The translations under genes were made by a program, and so were the position numbers. Of a stretch of 64,000 nt of DNA, positions 29,696 through 40,185 are shown piece after piece. Origin of the DNA: Longimicrobiales bacterium (GTDB lineage Bacteria > Gemmatimonadota > Gemmatimonadetes > Longimicrobiales > Gaopeijiaceae); the NCBI GenBank assembly GCA_965218295.1, contig CBDCKN010000012.1:64001-128000 (forward strand). The letters run 5' to 3'. The first letter of the stretch is position 1. Each line of letters begins with the position of its first letter. The notes under the pieces are model-generated. The model saw only the letters and a program-made list of their open reading frames with translations, was not told the origin of the DNA and did no database searches.

Positions 29696-30400
29696 TCAGC
29701 TCGATTCCACTTCCTTCACAAAGAGATCGGCCAGGACGGGACCCGCGCCCTCATCCTCGTGCTTGAAGAACACGAAGACATCGTCCCAGCCCTGATCCTT
29801 GAAGGTCCCGGCCCAGCGGGTCAGCTCTCCGGGCTCGTACGCCTCCTTGCGGAGACGAGCATATCCGTAGGAAGCCGTCGCCACCACCGGGGGATCGTCG
29901 TCCTTCCCCGTATCGGCCGTCACCAGGGCTGCACCGGCATCAACTAGAACCTGGTAGACCGCGTCGTCGAACCACGAGGAGTTACGGAACTCGAAGGCGG
30001 CTCGGAAGCCCTGGGGAAAGAGGGCCACGAAGTCCCGCAAACGCTCCACGTCCTTCTTCAGATACGGTGGAAGCTGAAAGAGGATGGGTCCCCGCCGCCC
30101 GCCGAGCTCCTCCGAGACGTCGAGGAGGTAGCCGAGCTCGTCCTCGGCCTCCTTGAGCCTCTTATGGTGCGTGATCTTGCGGGAGGCCTTGAGCACGAAC
30201 GAGAAGGCGTCTGGCACCTTCCCGGACCAGTCGGTCAACACCTTCCGCGACGGCATGCGATAGAAGGTGTTGTTGATCTCCACGGCGTTGAGCCGCTCGC
30301 CGTAGTACGAGAGCATCTGATCGTTGGGCAGATCCTCCGGATAGAAGCTTCCCTTCCACTCCTTGTACGAGAATCCGCTGGTGCCGACCCAAAACGTCAT
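29696..30400 (-). CDS. DUF72 (YecE-like) protein
   Basis: VGTSGFSYKEWKGSFYP, VEINNTFY, LFQLPP, EFRNSSW. Confidence 0.9.
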   Translation of the reverse strand: MTFWVGTSGFSYKEWKGSFYPEDLPNDQMLSYYGERLNAVEINNTFYRMPSRKVLTDWSGKVPDAFSFVLKASRKITHHKRLKEAEDELGYLLDVSEELGGRRGPILFQLPPYLKKDVERLRDFVALFPQGFRAAFEFRNSSWFDDAVYQVLVDAGAALVTADTGKDDDPPVVATASYGYARLRKEAYEPGELTRWAGTFKDQGWDDVFVFFKHEDEGAGPVLADLFVKEVESS

Positions 30401-30456
30401 CGTCTCACCCTCCCCGGCAGGGGTCTGAACCTCCATGAACATTGGCCCGAGAGGGC

Positions 30457-31377
30457 CTACAGTAGATAGCCGCCGTCGATGGGAATCACGGTCCCCGTGA
30501 TATGCCTCGCCGCCTCAGAGCAGAGGAAGAGGACCACGCTGGCCACGTCCTGTGGATCTCCCAGCCTGCCTAGCACGCTGCGCTCACGAGCCATGTCCAG
30601 AATCTCGGCAGGCACCCCCGCCGTGAGCCGCGTGGTTCGGATGTAGCCGGGGGCGACGGCGTTTACGTTGATGTTCTTGGGGCCGAGCTCCACGGCGGCG
30701 CTTCGCGTGAAACCGATGATCCCCGCCTTGGATGCAGCGTAGTTGGCGATCCCGAACTCGCTTCGAAGCCCGTGGACGGACGTAATGTTGACAATCTTGC
30801 CCCACTCCTGCGCTCGGAGATACGGAGCCACCGCCCGGGTGAAGTAAAAAGCGCCCGTAAGATTCGTGTTCAGGACCGTGGACCACTGCTCGTCGTCCAT
30901 CCGCCAGAGCGCCCGATCGCGTCCCACCCCTGCGTTGCTCACCAGGATATGGACTCCCCCGAGACGCTCCACGGTCTTCTCGACGAATGCGTTGACCTGT
31001 TCAGCCTCCCGAACGTCGCATGCCTCGCAAAAAACCCTGACCTCCAACTCCCGGATGACGCTCGCCACCTCCTGGGCCTCGGCCCTGGACTCCTCGCCGG
31101 TGTCCAGGAAGCAGAACGCCACATCGGCGCCTGCCCGGGCGAAGTCCATGGCGATGGCCCGGCCGATTCCGCTCGATCCGCCACTGACGACGGCCACCTT
31201 GCTCCTGAGGCCCTCGAGGTTGAGGAGCGGTCGGGGCTGGGTCTGGATCCCCACCTCGTCGAGAAGCTGCTCCACAACGTCCTCCACAGCCGTGGGCTCC
31301 GCCGTGCCGATCCGCTCCGGCTCGGACGGCTCGTCACCCAGGGATGACACGGTCTTCTCGGGTCGTTGGTCGGACAT
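30457..31377 (-). CDS. SDR oxidoreductase (FabG-like)
   Basis: SGGSSGIG, SNAG, YAASK, NAVAPG. Confidence 0.88.
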   Translation of the reverse strand: MSDQRPEKTVSSLGDEPSEPERIGTAEPTAVEDVVEQLLDEVGIQTQPRPLLNLEGLRSKVAVVSGGSSGIGRAIAMDFARAGADVAFCFLDTGEESRAEAQEVASVIRELEVRVFCEACDVREAEQVNAFVEKTVERLGGVHILVSNAGVGRDRALWRMDDEQWSTVLNTNLTGAFYFTRAVAPYLRAQEWGKIVNITSVHGLRSEFGIANYAASKAGIIGFTRSAAVELGPKNINVNAVAPGYIRTTRLTAGVPAEILDMARERSVLGRLGDPQDVASVVLFLCSEAARHITGTVIPIDGGYLL

Positions 31378-31494
31378 GCGTCGAGGGGAATGCTACACGG
31401 CCACGCCATCCGGGATCGGAAGGTCTCGACGTGGCAGGTAAACGCCCGTTTGCGCCATGTTACCGATCGAACCGTGTGTTTCGCAACGGAAGGC

Positions 31495-32730
31495 TCAGGA
31501 TCCGTTGAGGAGTCCCACGATCTCCCCCTCGGTCAGTGTATGGTCCGTGGCCTTGGCGGCGTCGAAGAGGATACGGCAGGCCTTCTCATCGTCGGGATCG
31601 TACCCGTGGGCGGCGAGCCAGGCTTTGACGTTCGAGAGCCCGGACATGGGGCCTATCTCGAACTCCTGGACCCTCCCCACCATGGAGGCGGGCACGCCCG
31701 AGTAGATGCGGTCGGCGAGCCAGGCGTCCCCTTTGGCCGCGGCCTTCACGATGGCGGCGGCATGCACCCCCGTACCGGTGCGGAACGCGTCGCGACCCAC
31801 CACGGGGTAGCTGCTGGCGAGGGGCACCTGACAGGCCTCGGCCGCCGCGCTGCAGTACTCGGGCAATCGCGTGAGATCGGCTTCATGGAGCCCGAGTAGC
31901 TTGAAGTTCACCAGAAGGAGATCTATCTCAACGTTGCCCACGCGCTCGCCGATGCCGAGGGCCGTGCCGTGAATGCGGGTGGCGCCGGCCTCAATGGCCG
32001 CGAGGGCGTTGGCCAGGCCGAGACCGCGGTCGCGGTGGCCGTGCCAATCCACGCCCACGTCCTCCCCCGAAGGCTCGACGATCTCTTCGATTACGAAGCG
32101 GACGAGGGCCCGCACGCCGTCAGGTATGGCATGCCCCACGGTGTCGGCAATGCAGAGCCGGCGGGCGCCCCATCCGATGGCGTGTCCGTAAAGGGCCTTG
32201 AGCGTCTCGGGCCTGGCCCGCACGGTGTCCTCCGTCACGAACATCACCGGCAGACCCTCCGCGACGGCGAAGCTCACCGCCTCTTCGGACACCGTGAGCA
32301 TCTTGTCCAGGGTCCAGTCCTCGGCGTACTGCCGAATCGGCGAGCTACCGATGAACGTGCAGGCCTCGATGGCAATTCCCATCGCCTGGGAGATCTCCGC
32401 GATGGGGCGCACGTCGGCCACGACCGTGCGGGCGGCACAGTTGGCCTCGATGGACAGGTCCGCCTCCACGATCTCGGTGGCCAGCGCTCGAACGGCCTCG
32501 ACGGCTCGAGGGCCCGCGCCGGGGAGGCCGATGTCGGCCGTATGGATGCCCAACTCATCCATGAGATGGAGGAGTCGGATCTTCGCTTCGATGGGGGGAT
32601 CCACCACGGACGGATTCTGAAGCCCGTCTCGTAGAGTCTCGTCATCGAGCTGGATGCCAGACACCGAGCCCCAGTCGAACGCGTCGCTATCGGCCGAGTT
32701 CCAGTCGTGAATGAGGTCCTGCTCGTCCAT
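31495..32730 (-). CDS. LeuA-like DRE-TIM synthase without a C-terminal regulatory domain
   Basis: DETLRDGLQ, HGHRDRG, GIGERVGN, GVHA. Confidence 0.8.
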   Translation of the reverse strand: MDEQDLIHDWNSADSDAFDWGSVSGIQLDDETLRDGLQNPSVVDPPIEAKIRLLHLMDELGIHTADIGLPGAGPRAVEAVRALATEIVEADLSIEANCAARTVVADVRPIAEISQAMGIAIEACTFIGSSPIRQYAEDWTLDKMLTVSEEAVSFAVAEGLPVMFVTEDTVRARPETLKALYGHAIGWGARRLCIADTVGHAIPDGVRALVRFVIEEIVEPSGEDVGVDWHGHRDRGLGLANALAAIEAGATRIHGTALGIGERVGNVEIDLLLVNFKLLGLHEADLTRLPEYCSAAAEACQVPLASSYPVVGRDAFRTGTGVHAAAIVKAAAKGDAWLADRIYSGVPASMVGRVQEFEIGPMSGLSNVKAWLAAHGYDPDDEKACRILFDAAKATDHTLTEGEIVGLLNGS

Positions 32731-32899
32731 GGCCGTTGGGTTGAGTCGCCGCTGAAGTGAGACCCCGGCCCAGCCGGTGCTCGCACGCAAGATAGCCCGG
32801 GGCATGCGAATCCTACAGGCGGCGACGGGTCTCGAGCGTCTCGCAGAAGTCGGGTGGGCATCGTTTGACGCGCCAGCCGTGGGCGCCGAGCTTGGACCC

Positions 32900-34111
32900 A
32901 TGTCTCATCCCGCGCTGCCCGCCGTGACTGAGCTCCTGGACCATCCGGGGGTCCGAGCCGCCCGAGACCACATCATGGCCACCGACGAGCGCACGCTCGA
33001 AGATCAGGTGGAGCTCACGGAGATTCCCTCCCCGCCGTTCGGCGAGGAGGCCCGTGGTCGGCGGATGGCGGAGCTCCTCGAGGAGGCCGGGCTGATCGAT
33101 CTCCGCACGGACAGCACCGGCAATGTCGTGGGGATGCGGCACGGCCTGGAAGCCGGGAGTCCGGTCGTTGTGTCGGCTCACCTGGACACCGTATTCCCCG
33201 CCGAAACGGACGTTACGGTGCGGAGCGATGACGGTGTCCTCCGGGCCCCGGGTATCTCCGATGATGGGCGGGGCCTGGCTGCGCTGCTCGCGGTGGTGAG
33301 AGCTCTCTCCGAAGCCGATGTGCCGACCCTGAGGCCCGTTCTCTTCGTGGCCACCGTGGGCGAGGAGGGGAGCGGAGACCTGAGGGGCGTAAAGCACCTC
33401 TTTCGTGACGGGGGACCCGCCCACGACGCGTCCGCGTTCATCTCACTCGATGGCGCAGGCGCCCGGACGGTGGTGAACCGGGGACTCGGCGCTCGGCGTT
33501 TCCGGGTCACGCTCCGCGGCCGAGGAGGGCATTCATGGGTGGACTGGGGCATCCCCAACCCGATTCATGCCCTCGGGCGGGCCGTGGGAGCCCTCGCGGC
33601 CTGGCCCACGCCGACTCGCCCGTCTCTGAGCCTCACCATCTCGCGTTTCGGGGGTGGCACAAGCGTGAACACGATCCCCGTCGAGGCCTGGGCGGAGCTC
33701 GACGTGCGGAGCGAGTCGGAGCAGCACCTGGCGGTGGCCGAGAAGCGGGTCCGGGCCATTCTGAGACGCTCCGTGGAGGAGGAGAATTCGGGCACAGCCG
33801 AAGAGTCGTACCGGCTCGATCTGCAGATCACGCTCATCGGCGATCGGCCTGCGGGGGCCACGGCCACCGACTCCCCGCTCGTGGAGGCGGCGCTGGCCGC
33901 GACGCGAGCCCTCGATATCGAGCCTGAGCTGGTGGCCTCTTCCACGGACGCCAACCTCCCCATGTCACTGGGGATCCCGGCCATCACCCTTGGAGCCGGA
34001 GGCGAGGCGGGTGAGGCCCACACACTGGAAGAGTGGTATCGAAACACGGGGGGACCGGAGGGAGTGTGCCGCGCGCTCAACACGGTGCTCCTGATGGCGG
34101 GAGTGACGTGA
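32900..34111 (+). CDS. M20/M25/M40 family metallopeptidase
   Basis: SAHLDTVF, GISDD, VGEEG, GGHSW, STDAN, AHTLEE. Confidence 0.88.
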   Translation: MSHPALPAVTELLDHPGVRAARDHIMATDERTLEDQVELTEIPSPPFGEEARGRRMAELLEEAGLIDLRTDSTGNVVGMRHGLEAGSPVVVSAHLDTVFPAETDVTVRSDDGVLRAPGISDDGRGLAALLAVVRALSEADVPTLRPVLFVATVGEEGSGDLRGVKHLFRDGGPAHDASAFISLDGAGARTVVNRGLGARRFRVTLRGRGGHSWVDWGIPNPIHALGRAVGALAAWPTPTRPSLSLTISRFGGGTSVNTIPVEAWAELDVRSESEQHLAVAEKRVRAILRRSVEEENSGTAEESYRLDLQITLIGDRPAGATATDSPLVEAALAATRALDIEPELVASSTDANLPMSLGIPAITLGAGGEAGEAHTLEEWYRNTGGPEGVCRALNTVLLMAGVT

Positions 34112-34138
34112 CCGGACACGCCGCGCGCAGCCCCTCCT

Positions 34139-35140
34139 CTATTGACCGCCGATGATCTCCGAGTGGTCGACGACGCTGAGCTGGCCCCGGAACGCCCGCA
34201 CCCGGGAGTGAGACCCCACCAGCGAGCCCCGCAGGTCGGACCACTCGATGACGGCATCGCTTCCGACCATGGTATCGACCAGAGTGGAGCCCTCTATCCG
34301 GGCGCCGGACTCGACCGTGACGTTGGGCCCTAGCGTGCAACCCATAATCAACGCACCGTCCTCTACACGAACCGGCTCGATGAGGTTGGAGCCCTCGACC
34401 GTGGCGGAGTCGTCGACGCCTGCCCGGCCTCCTTCCAACAGGTACCGATTGGTGTCGAGCAGCGTCTCCGGCTTACCGCAGTCGTACCAGCCATCCACGG
34501 GAGCCACGTGGATCTTGGCTCCCTGGTCCACCATGTACTGGAAAGCGTCTGTGAGGTAGAACTCGGCGGCCGGCCCCGGCTCTGAGGCCAGCGTATGGGC
34601 GATCCCCTCGAACAGAAGCCGCCAGTCTCTGATGTAGTAGAGCCCGATGTTGGCGAGCTTGGAGATGGGCTCGGAGGGCTTCTCTACGATGCGGACCATG
34701 TGGCCGTCTTCGTCGGTGAGGATGACCCCGTAGCGCTGGTAGTCCTCCACTTCCTTGGCCCAGATGACGCCCCCCGCGCTCTCCTCGACACGGTGCACGA
34801 GAGTGAGATCGGCGTCGAAGAGGGTGTCGACGAAGAGGATCAGCACGTCGTCGTCCACGAAGGGCTCGGCCAGCGCCACGGCTCCGGCCGTTCCGTCCTG
34901 GACCTCCTGAACAACGTAGTGGGCGGTGATCTGCGGATAGGTCTCGGCGATATACGCCTCGATAACCCCCCGGAGATAGCCCACAATGAACACGATTTCC
35001 TGCACCCCGAGGTCGGCGAGATCGTCCAGGATGTAGCTCATCACCGGTCGACCGGCCACGCGTATCAGGGGCTTGGGCGTGACGTGAGCGTGGGGACGAA
35101 GGCGAGTACCCTTTCCGGCCAGTGGAATTATAGCTTTCAT
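34139..35140 (-). CDS. Sugar-phosphate nucleotidyltransferase with a hexapeptide-repeat tail
   Basis: IIPLAGKGTRLRP, PKPL, EKP, WYDCGK. Confidence 0.88.
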   Translation of the reverse strand: MKAIIPLAGKGTRLRPHAHVTPKPLIRVAGRPVMSYILDDLADLGVQEIVFIVGYLRGVIEAYIAETYPQITAHYVVQEVQDGTAGAVALAEPFVDDDVLILFVDTLFDADLTLVHRVEESAGGVIWAKEVEDYQRYGVILTDEDGHMVRIVEKPSEPISKLANIGLYYIRDWRLLFEGIAHTLASEPGPAAEFYLTDAFQYMVDQGAKIHVAPVDGWYDCGKPETLLDTNRYLLEGGRAGVDDSATVEGSNLIEPVRVEDGALIMGCTLGPNVTVESGARIEGSTLVDTMVGSDAVIEWSDLRGSLVGSHSRVRAFRGQLSVVDHSEIIGGQ

Positions 35141-35259
35141 GTGGGCGGACATTATGGGGCGCAGGTATCCGGGGCAATCGACGAAAGGGGAACACTGGTG
35201 CGGAGTGCGGGTCAAGACATCCGCTGCCGAACGACTCCTTCCATGAATCGAGAGGGAAT

Positions 35260-36042
35260 GTGATTCGCTGCCTCCTCGCCGCCTGGGCGATCGCGGGATG
35301 CGCCTCGGCTCCCGCTCCGGAAGGACCCAACCTCGACAATCCCGGTGACCCGAGCCGAATGTACCTGTACCAGGTAGATCCTCAGGCCGTGGCGGGCATA
35401 GCCGTCGATACGGTTGGTACAGTGGAGGTCACGGGGTACGGGGAGGTCACGGTCGACCCCGACCGGGTAGAGATCAGCTTCGCCGTAGAGACCGAAGCCG
35501 AGTCTGCCCACGCGGCCACCACCGAGAACGCGGAGCGCATGGAGGCCGTGATCGTGGCCCTCCGGGACACCGAGCTCGAGGGTCTGCGAATCGAGACGCA
35601 CGGCTACAACCTCCAGCCGAGGTACCGCAGAGCCAACCGGAACGAGCCCCAGGCAAACCGGATCGTGGGCTATCAGGCGCTGAATAACGTTCGCGTGAGC
35701 GTGGCCGACATCTCGGCCGCGGGTCCTCTCATCGACGCGGCCATCGATGCCGGCGCCAACCGAGTCGCGAGCCTTGTGTTCCTGGCCACGGAGACAGAAC
35801 ATGCTCGTCTGGAAGCCTTACGCATGGCCGTGGAAAAGGCCCGCCGAGAGGCCGAGGTCATTGCCGAGGCCATGGGCGTGCCCCTCGGGCCACCCCTAGA
35901 GGTCAGGGGCACCCCCGCCACCGTCGCACCATTGCGGGCCCGGGCCAGTCTGGCCATAGCCGCCGAAGCGCTGACACCTGTGGAGCCCACTCGGCAAACG
36001 ATCCGAGCCACCGTCACCATTCGATATCGCCTTGGAGGCTAA
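35260..36042 (+). CDS. SIMPL/DUF541 lipoprotein
   Basis: Lipobox IAGC; VTGYGEV.VDPD, GANRV, AVEKARREAE. Confidence 0.85.
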   Translation: MIRCLLAAWAIAGCASAPAPEGPNLDNPGDPSRMYLYQVDPQAVAGIAVDTVGTVEVTGYGEVTVDPDRVEISFAVETEAESAHAATTENAERMEAVIVALRDTELEGLRIETHGYNLQPRYRRANRNEPQANRIVGYQALNNVRVSVADISAAGPLIDAAIDAGANRVASLVFLATETEHARLEALRMAVEKARREAEVIAEAMGVPLGPPLEVRGTPATVAPLRARASLAIAAEALTPVEPTRQTIRATVTIRYRLGG

Positions 36043-36484
36043 CCGGTTGCTGAGAGAACGCCTCGAACGAGCCCTCACCATCAATCGGGCCGAGACCGAC
36101 CCCCGGTCCGACGATCCCCGACTTCTGGGGCGAACCTACGCCATTACCTTCGATCAGGTCTGGACTGCGTGTCTTGTTCTGGTCGAGCGGCCTCGACACT
36201 GGACCCTGCTCCAGGCCAACGATCTGGACGGCTACCTAAGGGTCAAGTGCCAGACCCTGGTCTTCAATTTCATCGACGACTTCGAGATCCGGATCGGCCT
36301 GGACGAGCACGCCATGACGCGGGTCGACGTCAAATCCCGGTCCCGCAGGGGTAGAGCGGATCTGGGGACCAACGCCCGCCGCATCGGCCGCTTCTTGCGG
36401 CGTCTCGATCGGATCCTGGATGCCGAAGACGGGGCGATCCTGGATCCCACTCACCTGGAGACATGGAACGCGGAAGTTGGATGA
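36032..36484 (+). CDS. DUF1499-like protein
   Basis: VDVKSRSRRGRADLGTNARRI. Confidence 0.75.
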   Translation: MEANRLLRERLERALTINRAETDPRSDDPRLLGRTYAITFDQVWTACLVLVERPRHWTLLQANDLDGYLRVKCQTLVFNFIDDFEIRIGLDEHAMTRVDVKSRSRRGRADLGTNARRIGRFLRRLDRILDAEDGAILDPTHLETWNAEVG

Positions 36485-37428
36485 GGGGCGGAAGCTCCGT
36501 TCGATTCCGGGCCCTGCTCGCCGTGTGCTTCCTCCTGACCGGATGTGGTCAGGATGCTCCCCAACCTCGGGCGGCGGCTCAGGGACCCACACCCGACGCC
36601 GACCCCGACCGAAACCTCGACGACCGGGTTTACGAACGGAACGTCGTATTCATAACGGCTGGCGCGGACAGCACCATCATTGTCCCGTGGCTCTTCCGAT
36701 CCTCCGCCTCCGAGCGGGGCGTCGAGCGAATCGCAGAAGGGTGGCTCGCACGAGCCGGGCTCTGGGAGCCCTTCTTCACCGACCGATGGGACTCTCCATG
36801 GACGCGGTCCCCGTTTCGCATCCACCCGCGCGGCGCCATGGATCTGGTGGTGGGCCCGGAGGATGTCCTGGAGGAGATTCTCTACGCGGAGGGCCACAGG
36901 CAGCTGGAGGTCATCATTGACGAGGGGATGTCGGACTGGAGCGGAGGTCGGGGGGAGACCTTCCGCATTCATCAAGGCGCCGTTCACTTCGGGAATCTGC
37001 GGATCGAAGGCATGGTCCTCGATATGAGCCGGGTTCACCTTCGGGAGGGCCCGTTTCCCGGCGAGTGGATGTTCCTCACCGGGCCCGGGCGTCTGGCCCT
37101 CATGATCGAGGAGACAGGCGGATCCCCGAGCTACACGGCCTGGGGCAGACGAGGTGAGGAGGAGTATCGCTGGCCGGAGATGGAGGTGGAGTGGAGCTCG
37201 GTGCGATCGTTCGAGGAGGCGCGGCGAGACGTTCCGGTGGCTTGGGAGATCCGGTCCACCGACGGGAAGATGGAGCTCTCGCTCGTCAGCACCGGCATGG
37301 AGCTACGCTCCGTGGCGGGAGAAGGACCGCTCCTTCCTGTGGAGGGCCTCTATCAGGTCTCCGGCCCCCTCGTCATAGCAGGGGATTCCCTTGAGGTGCG
37401 GGGGCTCGTGCGCCACGTACAGCGCTAG
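36481..37428 (+). CDS. Hypothetical lipoprotein
   Basis: Lipobox LTGC; ATGA overlap with the previous gene. Confidence 0.7.
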   Translation: MRGGSSVRFRALLAVCFLLTGCGQDAPQPRAAAQGPTPDADPDRNLDDRVYERNVVFITAGADSTIIVPWLFRSSASERGVERIAEGWLARAGLWEPFFTDRWDSPWTRSPFRIHPRGAMDLVVGPEDVLEEILYAEGHRQLEVIIDEGMSDWSGGRGETFRIHQGAVHFGNLRIEGMVLDMSRVHLREGPFPGEWMFLTGPGRLALMIEETGGSPSYTAWGRRGEEEYRWPEMEVEWSSVRSFEEARRDVPVAWEIRSTDGKMELSLVSTGMELRSVAGEGPLLPVEGLYQVSGPLVIAGDSLEVRGLVRHVQR

Positions 37429-37452
37429 AGGCCTGTTGAAAGAGGTAGCTGC

Positions 37453-39021
37453 GTGCCCGACGAGCTGATCCGCGCGCTGATCACCATCGGCTTCGGAGCC
37501 CTCGCAGGAGGGCTCACCAACTCGGTGGCGATCTGGATGCTCTTCCATCCCTACGAGCCCCCGCGTGTCGGGAGCCGGAACCTCAAGATGCTCCAGGGGG
37601 CTATTCCCAAGAACCAGCCTCGCCTGGCGGCTGCCGTGGGACGTACCGTGGGCACGCGCCTCCTCACCGAAGAGGATCTGGGAGAGATCTTCAGCGATCA
37701 GGAGTTCCGGGCCGCCTTCGACGGCCACCTCTCCGGCTTCCTGGATGCCCTCCTCCACAGGGAGAGGGGCTCGGTGCTTGACCTCTTTCCCGAGGACATG
37801 CACGAGCAGGTTGAGGGGATCGTGGACGACGTGGCGACGTTCGGACTCGAGCGCCTGCACGAGTACCTGCAGTCGGACCGCTTCGCCGAGACGGTCTCGG
37901 CGCGAGCCGGGGACATCGTCCACTCCATCGCTGACGAGCCGGTGGCCGGCATCCTGACGCCCGCCCGCGAGGGGGCCATCTCGGAGGCCGTGGACGATTG
38001 GATTACGGGAGCGGTCGAAAGCGAGGACTTCAGCCGGGCCATCGACGAATACCTGGATCGCGCGGCCCGGAGGCTCCTCGAGCCCCGACGCACCTTCGAA
38101 GAGATCCTTCCGCTGGGTCTGGTAGGAGCCGTCGAGAAGGGCATCACCGCCTACCTCCCGCTCGCGATCCAGCGCCTGGGGTCACTGCTGGAGGACAAGG
38201 AGGCGCGCGCGAAGTTCGAGACCTTCATCCACGACCTCCTCCATCGCTTCCTGGGCGACCTCAAGTTCCATCAGAGGGTGGTCGCCAAGCTCATCATCAC
38301 CGAGTCCACTGTGGACACGGTCCTGGACACCATTGAGGCCGAAGGGGCGGAGCGCCTAGCTGAGATACTCCAGGAGGAGGCCATACAGGACGCCATGGCC
38401 CGGGGGATCAACGACGCCATCGTGGACTTCCTGAGGCGGCCCGTAACGTCGGTGCTCGGAGAGCCGGACGACCCCAGCGTGGTGGACGCTCGGACGACGG
38501 TGGTGGGATGGTTCGTCGGTCTGGCACAGGACCCCACGTCGCGCAGCTTCGTGGTCGAGAAGCTCGAGGTGGCACTGGAAAAGGTGGGGGCCCGGACGTG
38601 GGGCGAGGTGTTCGAAAAGCTGCCGCCCGACCGGGTGGCCGAGTGGCTGGTGGCCGGGGCACGGAGTGAGGCGGCGACCACCCTCTACCGGGAGGCCGCG
38701 AGCCGGCTCTCGAAGAACATCCTGGAGCGCCCCATCGGGACTCCCGCCAACTGGCTCCCCGAGGGAGCCTCCCGAACCGCCGAAGAGACCCTCGGCAACC
38801 CGGTCTGGGAGTGGCTTCAGACCCAGGTGCCCGACGTGATACAGCAGATCGACGTTGCCGGACGTGTGGAGGAGAAGGTCCTGGCCTTCCCGCCCGCCAA
38901 GATGGAAGAGTTCGTCAAAAAGGTCACGCACAAGGAGCTCAAGATCATCGTGCGGCTGGGTTATCTGTTGGGAGGCTTCATCGGGATCGCTCTGGTGATC
39001 CTGAACAGCCTCTGGGGCTGA
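37453..39021 (+). CDS. DUF445-family membrane protein
   Basis: GGLTNSVAIWMLFHP, GAIPK, ELKIIVRLGYLLGGFIG. Confidence 0.85.
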   Translation: MPDELIRALITIGFGALAGGLTNSVAIWMLFHPYEPPRVGSRNLKMLQGAIPKNQPRLAAAVGRTVGTRLLTEEDLGEIFSDQEFRAAFDGHLSGFLDALLHRERGSVLDLFPEDMHEQVEGIVDDVATFGLERLHEYLQSDRFAETVSARAGDIVHSIADEPVAGILTPAREGAISEAVDDWITGAVESEDFSRAIDEYLDRAARRLLEPRRTFEEILPLGLVGAVEKGITAYLPLAIQRLGSLLEDKEARAKFETFIHDLLHRFLGDLKFHQRVVAKLIITESTVDTVLDTIEAEGAERLAEILQEEAIQDAMARGINDAIVDFLRRPVTSVLGEPDDPSVVDARTTVVGWFVGLAQDPTSRSFVVEKLEVALEKVGARTWGEVFEKLPPDRVAEWLVAGARSEAATTLYREAASRLSKNILERPIGTPANWLPEGASRTAEETLGNPVWEWLQTQVPDVIQQIDVAGRVEEKVLAFPPAKMEEFVKKVTHKELKIIVRLGYLLGGFIGIALVILNSLWG

Positions 39022-39056
39022 TACTGCGCGGGCTTCAAGCCCTCGGCTTCAGGCCC

Positions 39057-39314
39057 CTAGTCTTCCGAGCGCTTCTGCGACCGGTCCCAGGTGACGGCCG
39101 TCTTGAAGTGTCGGCGCTCACGCCGTCGCTCGGAGGCCCGCTCTCCTACCTTGAGGTAGTTGAGCCACATGAAGTGGCGCTTGGCCTTCCGGGGCCGCCC
39201 TTTGCCCATGCGGGCGGAGACTTCTTCGGGTGATTGGGTGTAGCGAGCACCCCCCAGGTAGATCCCCAGGGCGAGCGCAGCCACACCCACCAGGATCTTG
39301 AGAAAGAGGACCAA
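39057..39314 (-). CDS. Small hypothetical membrane-anchored protein
   Basis: N-terminal TM helix and basic tail. Confidence 0.55.
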   Translation of the reverse strand: MVLFLKILVGVAALALGIYLGGARYTQSPEEVSARMGKGRPRKAKRHFMWLNYLKVGERASERRRERRHFKTAVTWDRSQKRSED

Positions 39315-39351
39315 CCTTGTCTCCGGTTGGGTCGGGTCGCTTCGACCGCCC

Positions 39352-39498
39352 TCAGGCCCGTCCGATGGACTCCAAGAGGAGGAGGGCCAGACCCGTTGCC
39401 AGAATGATGGACACGGCGGTGGTGCCTACCGTCACCAATCCCACGACCGTCCAGAACACGATGTGGATGAAGTTGTAGCCACCCGGAAGAAGATCCAT
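39352..39498 (-). CDS. Putative 48-aa hydrophobic small protein
   Basis: MDLLPGGYNFIHIVFWTVVGLVTVGTTAVSIILATGLALLLLESIGRA*; same strand as its neighbours; below the ORF-track cutoff. Confidence 0.45.
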   Translation of the reverse strand: MDLLPGGYNFIHIVFWTVVGLVTVGTTAVSIILATGLALLLLESIGRA

Positions 39499-39576
39499 CG
39501 CTCTGCGTGTTGAGGTTCTAGTCGCCTACGCCCCCGGAATATGCGGAAGGCGCGATCGGTCTTCAATGGGCCGTCG

Positions 39577-40077
39577 TCAGTCGGGCCTTTGCCCGTGCAG
39601 GTGGGCATCGTGACCGGCCGAATCTCTACGGACCTCCACCCTCTTCTTCACGTCCGCCAGGTAGCCCGGAGACAGGTCCAGAAGGTTACAGACCTTCCTC
39701 AGAAGAGACTCTTCGTGGCTCGACAGCTGGCCGTCAGCGTAGACGAGCCCCCACATGACCTCCATCAGGACCATCTTTTGCCCCAGGGAGTAGTTGGCCT
39801 TGATGAGCTTGGTGAACTGATAGAGGTCCACGGCCTCCCCCCGGGCCAGCTCGGCCAGCTCGATGAGCGCCTCGGCGTGATCCTCGTCGAGTCCGTACTG
39901 CCTCCGCACAGCCGAGGTCACGTGCCGCCTCTCATCCTCCGTGAACTCGTCGTCCGCGTAGGCGAGCTCGATGAGGAGGGCGCACGCGGCCAGGCGTATG
40001 TCCTCGTCACCCAACTCCTCCTCGCCGGCCGGAGGGGTCATGGAAGAGCCGAAAAATGATTTTATGGCATCAAGCAT
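39577..40077 (-). CDS. TerB-family protein
   Basis: LAACALLIELAYADDEF, DLYQFT, VYADGQLSSHEE. Confidence 0.85.
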   Translation of the reverse strand: MLDAIKSFFGSSMTPPAGEEELGDEDIRLAACALLIELAYADDEFTEDERRHVTSAVRRQYGLDEDHAEALIELAELARGEAVDLYQFTKLIKANYSLGQKMVLMEVMWGLVYADGQLSSHEESLLRKVCNLLDLSPGYLADVKKRVEVRRDSAGHDAHLHGQRPD

Positions 40078-40185
40078 CGATCGCTCCTTGCCTCGATCGC
40101 TGATGCGGTGGCCGCAGTGTCCGACTCAAACTCGGGGATGATGCTAACGCGGCGCCGGAGCCTGGGCCAGGTGGCCGGCCCCACA

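Noticed and set aside
37425..37442. CTAGAGGCCTGTTGAAA at a stop codon, similar to an IS/MITE end
   Set aside because: Single short occurrence with no partner end.
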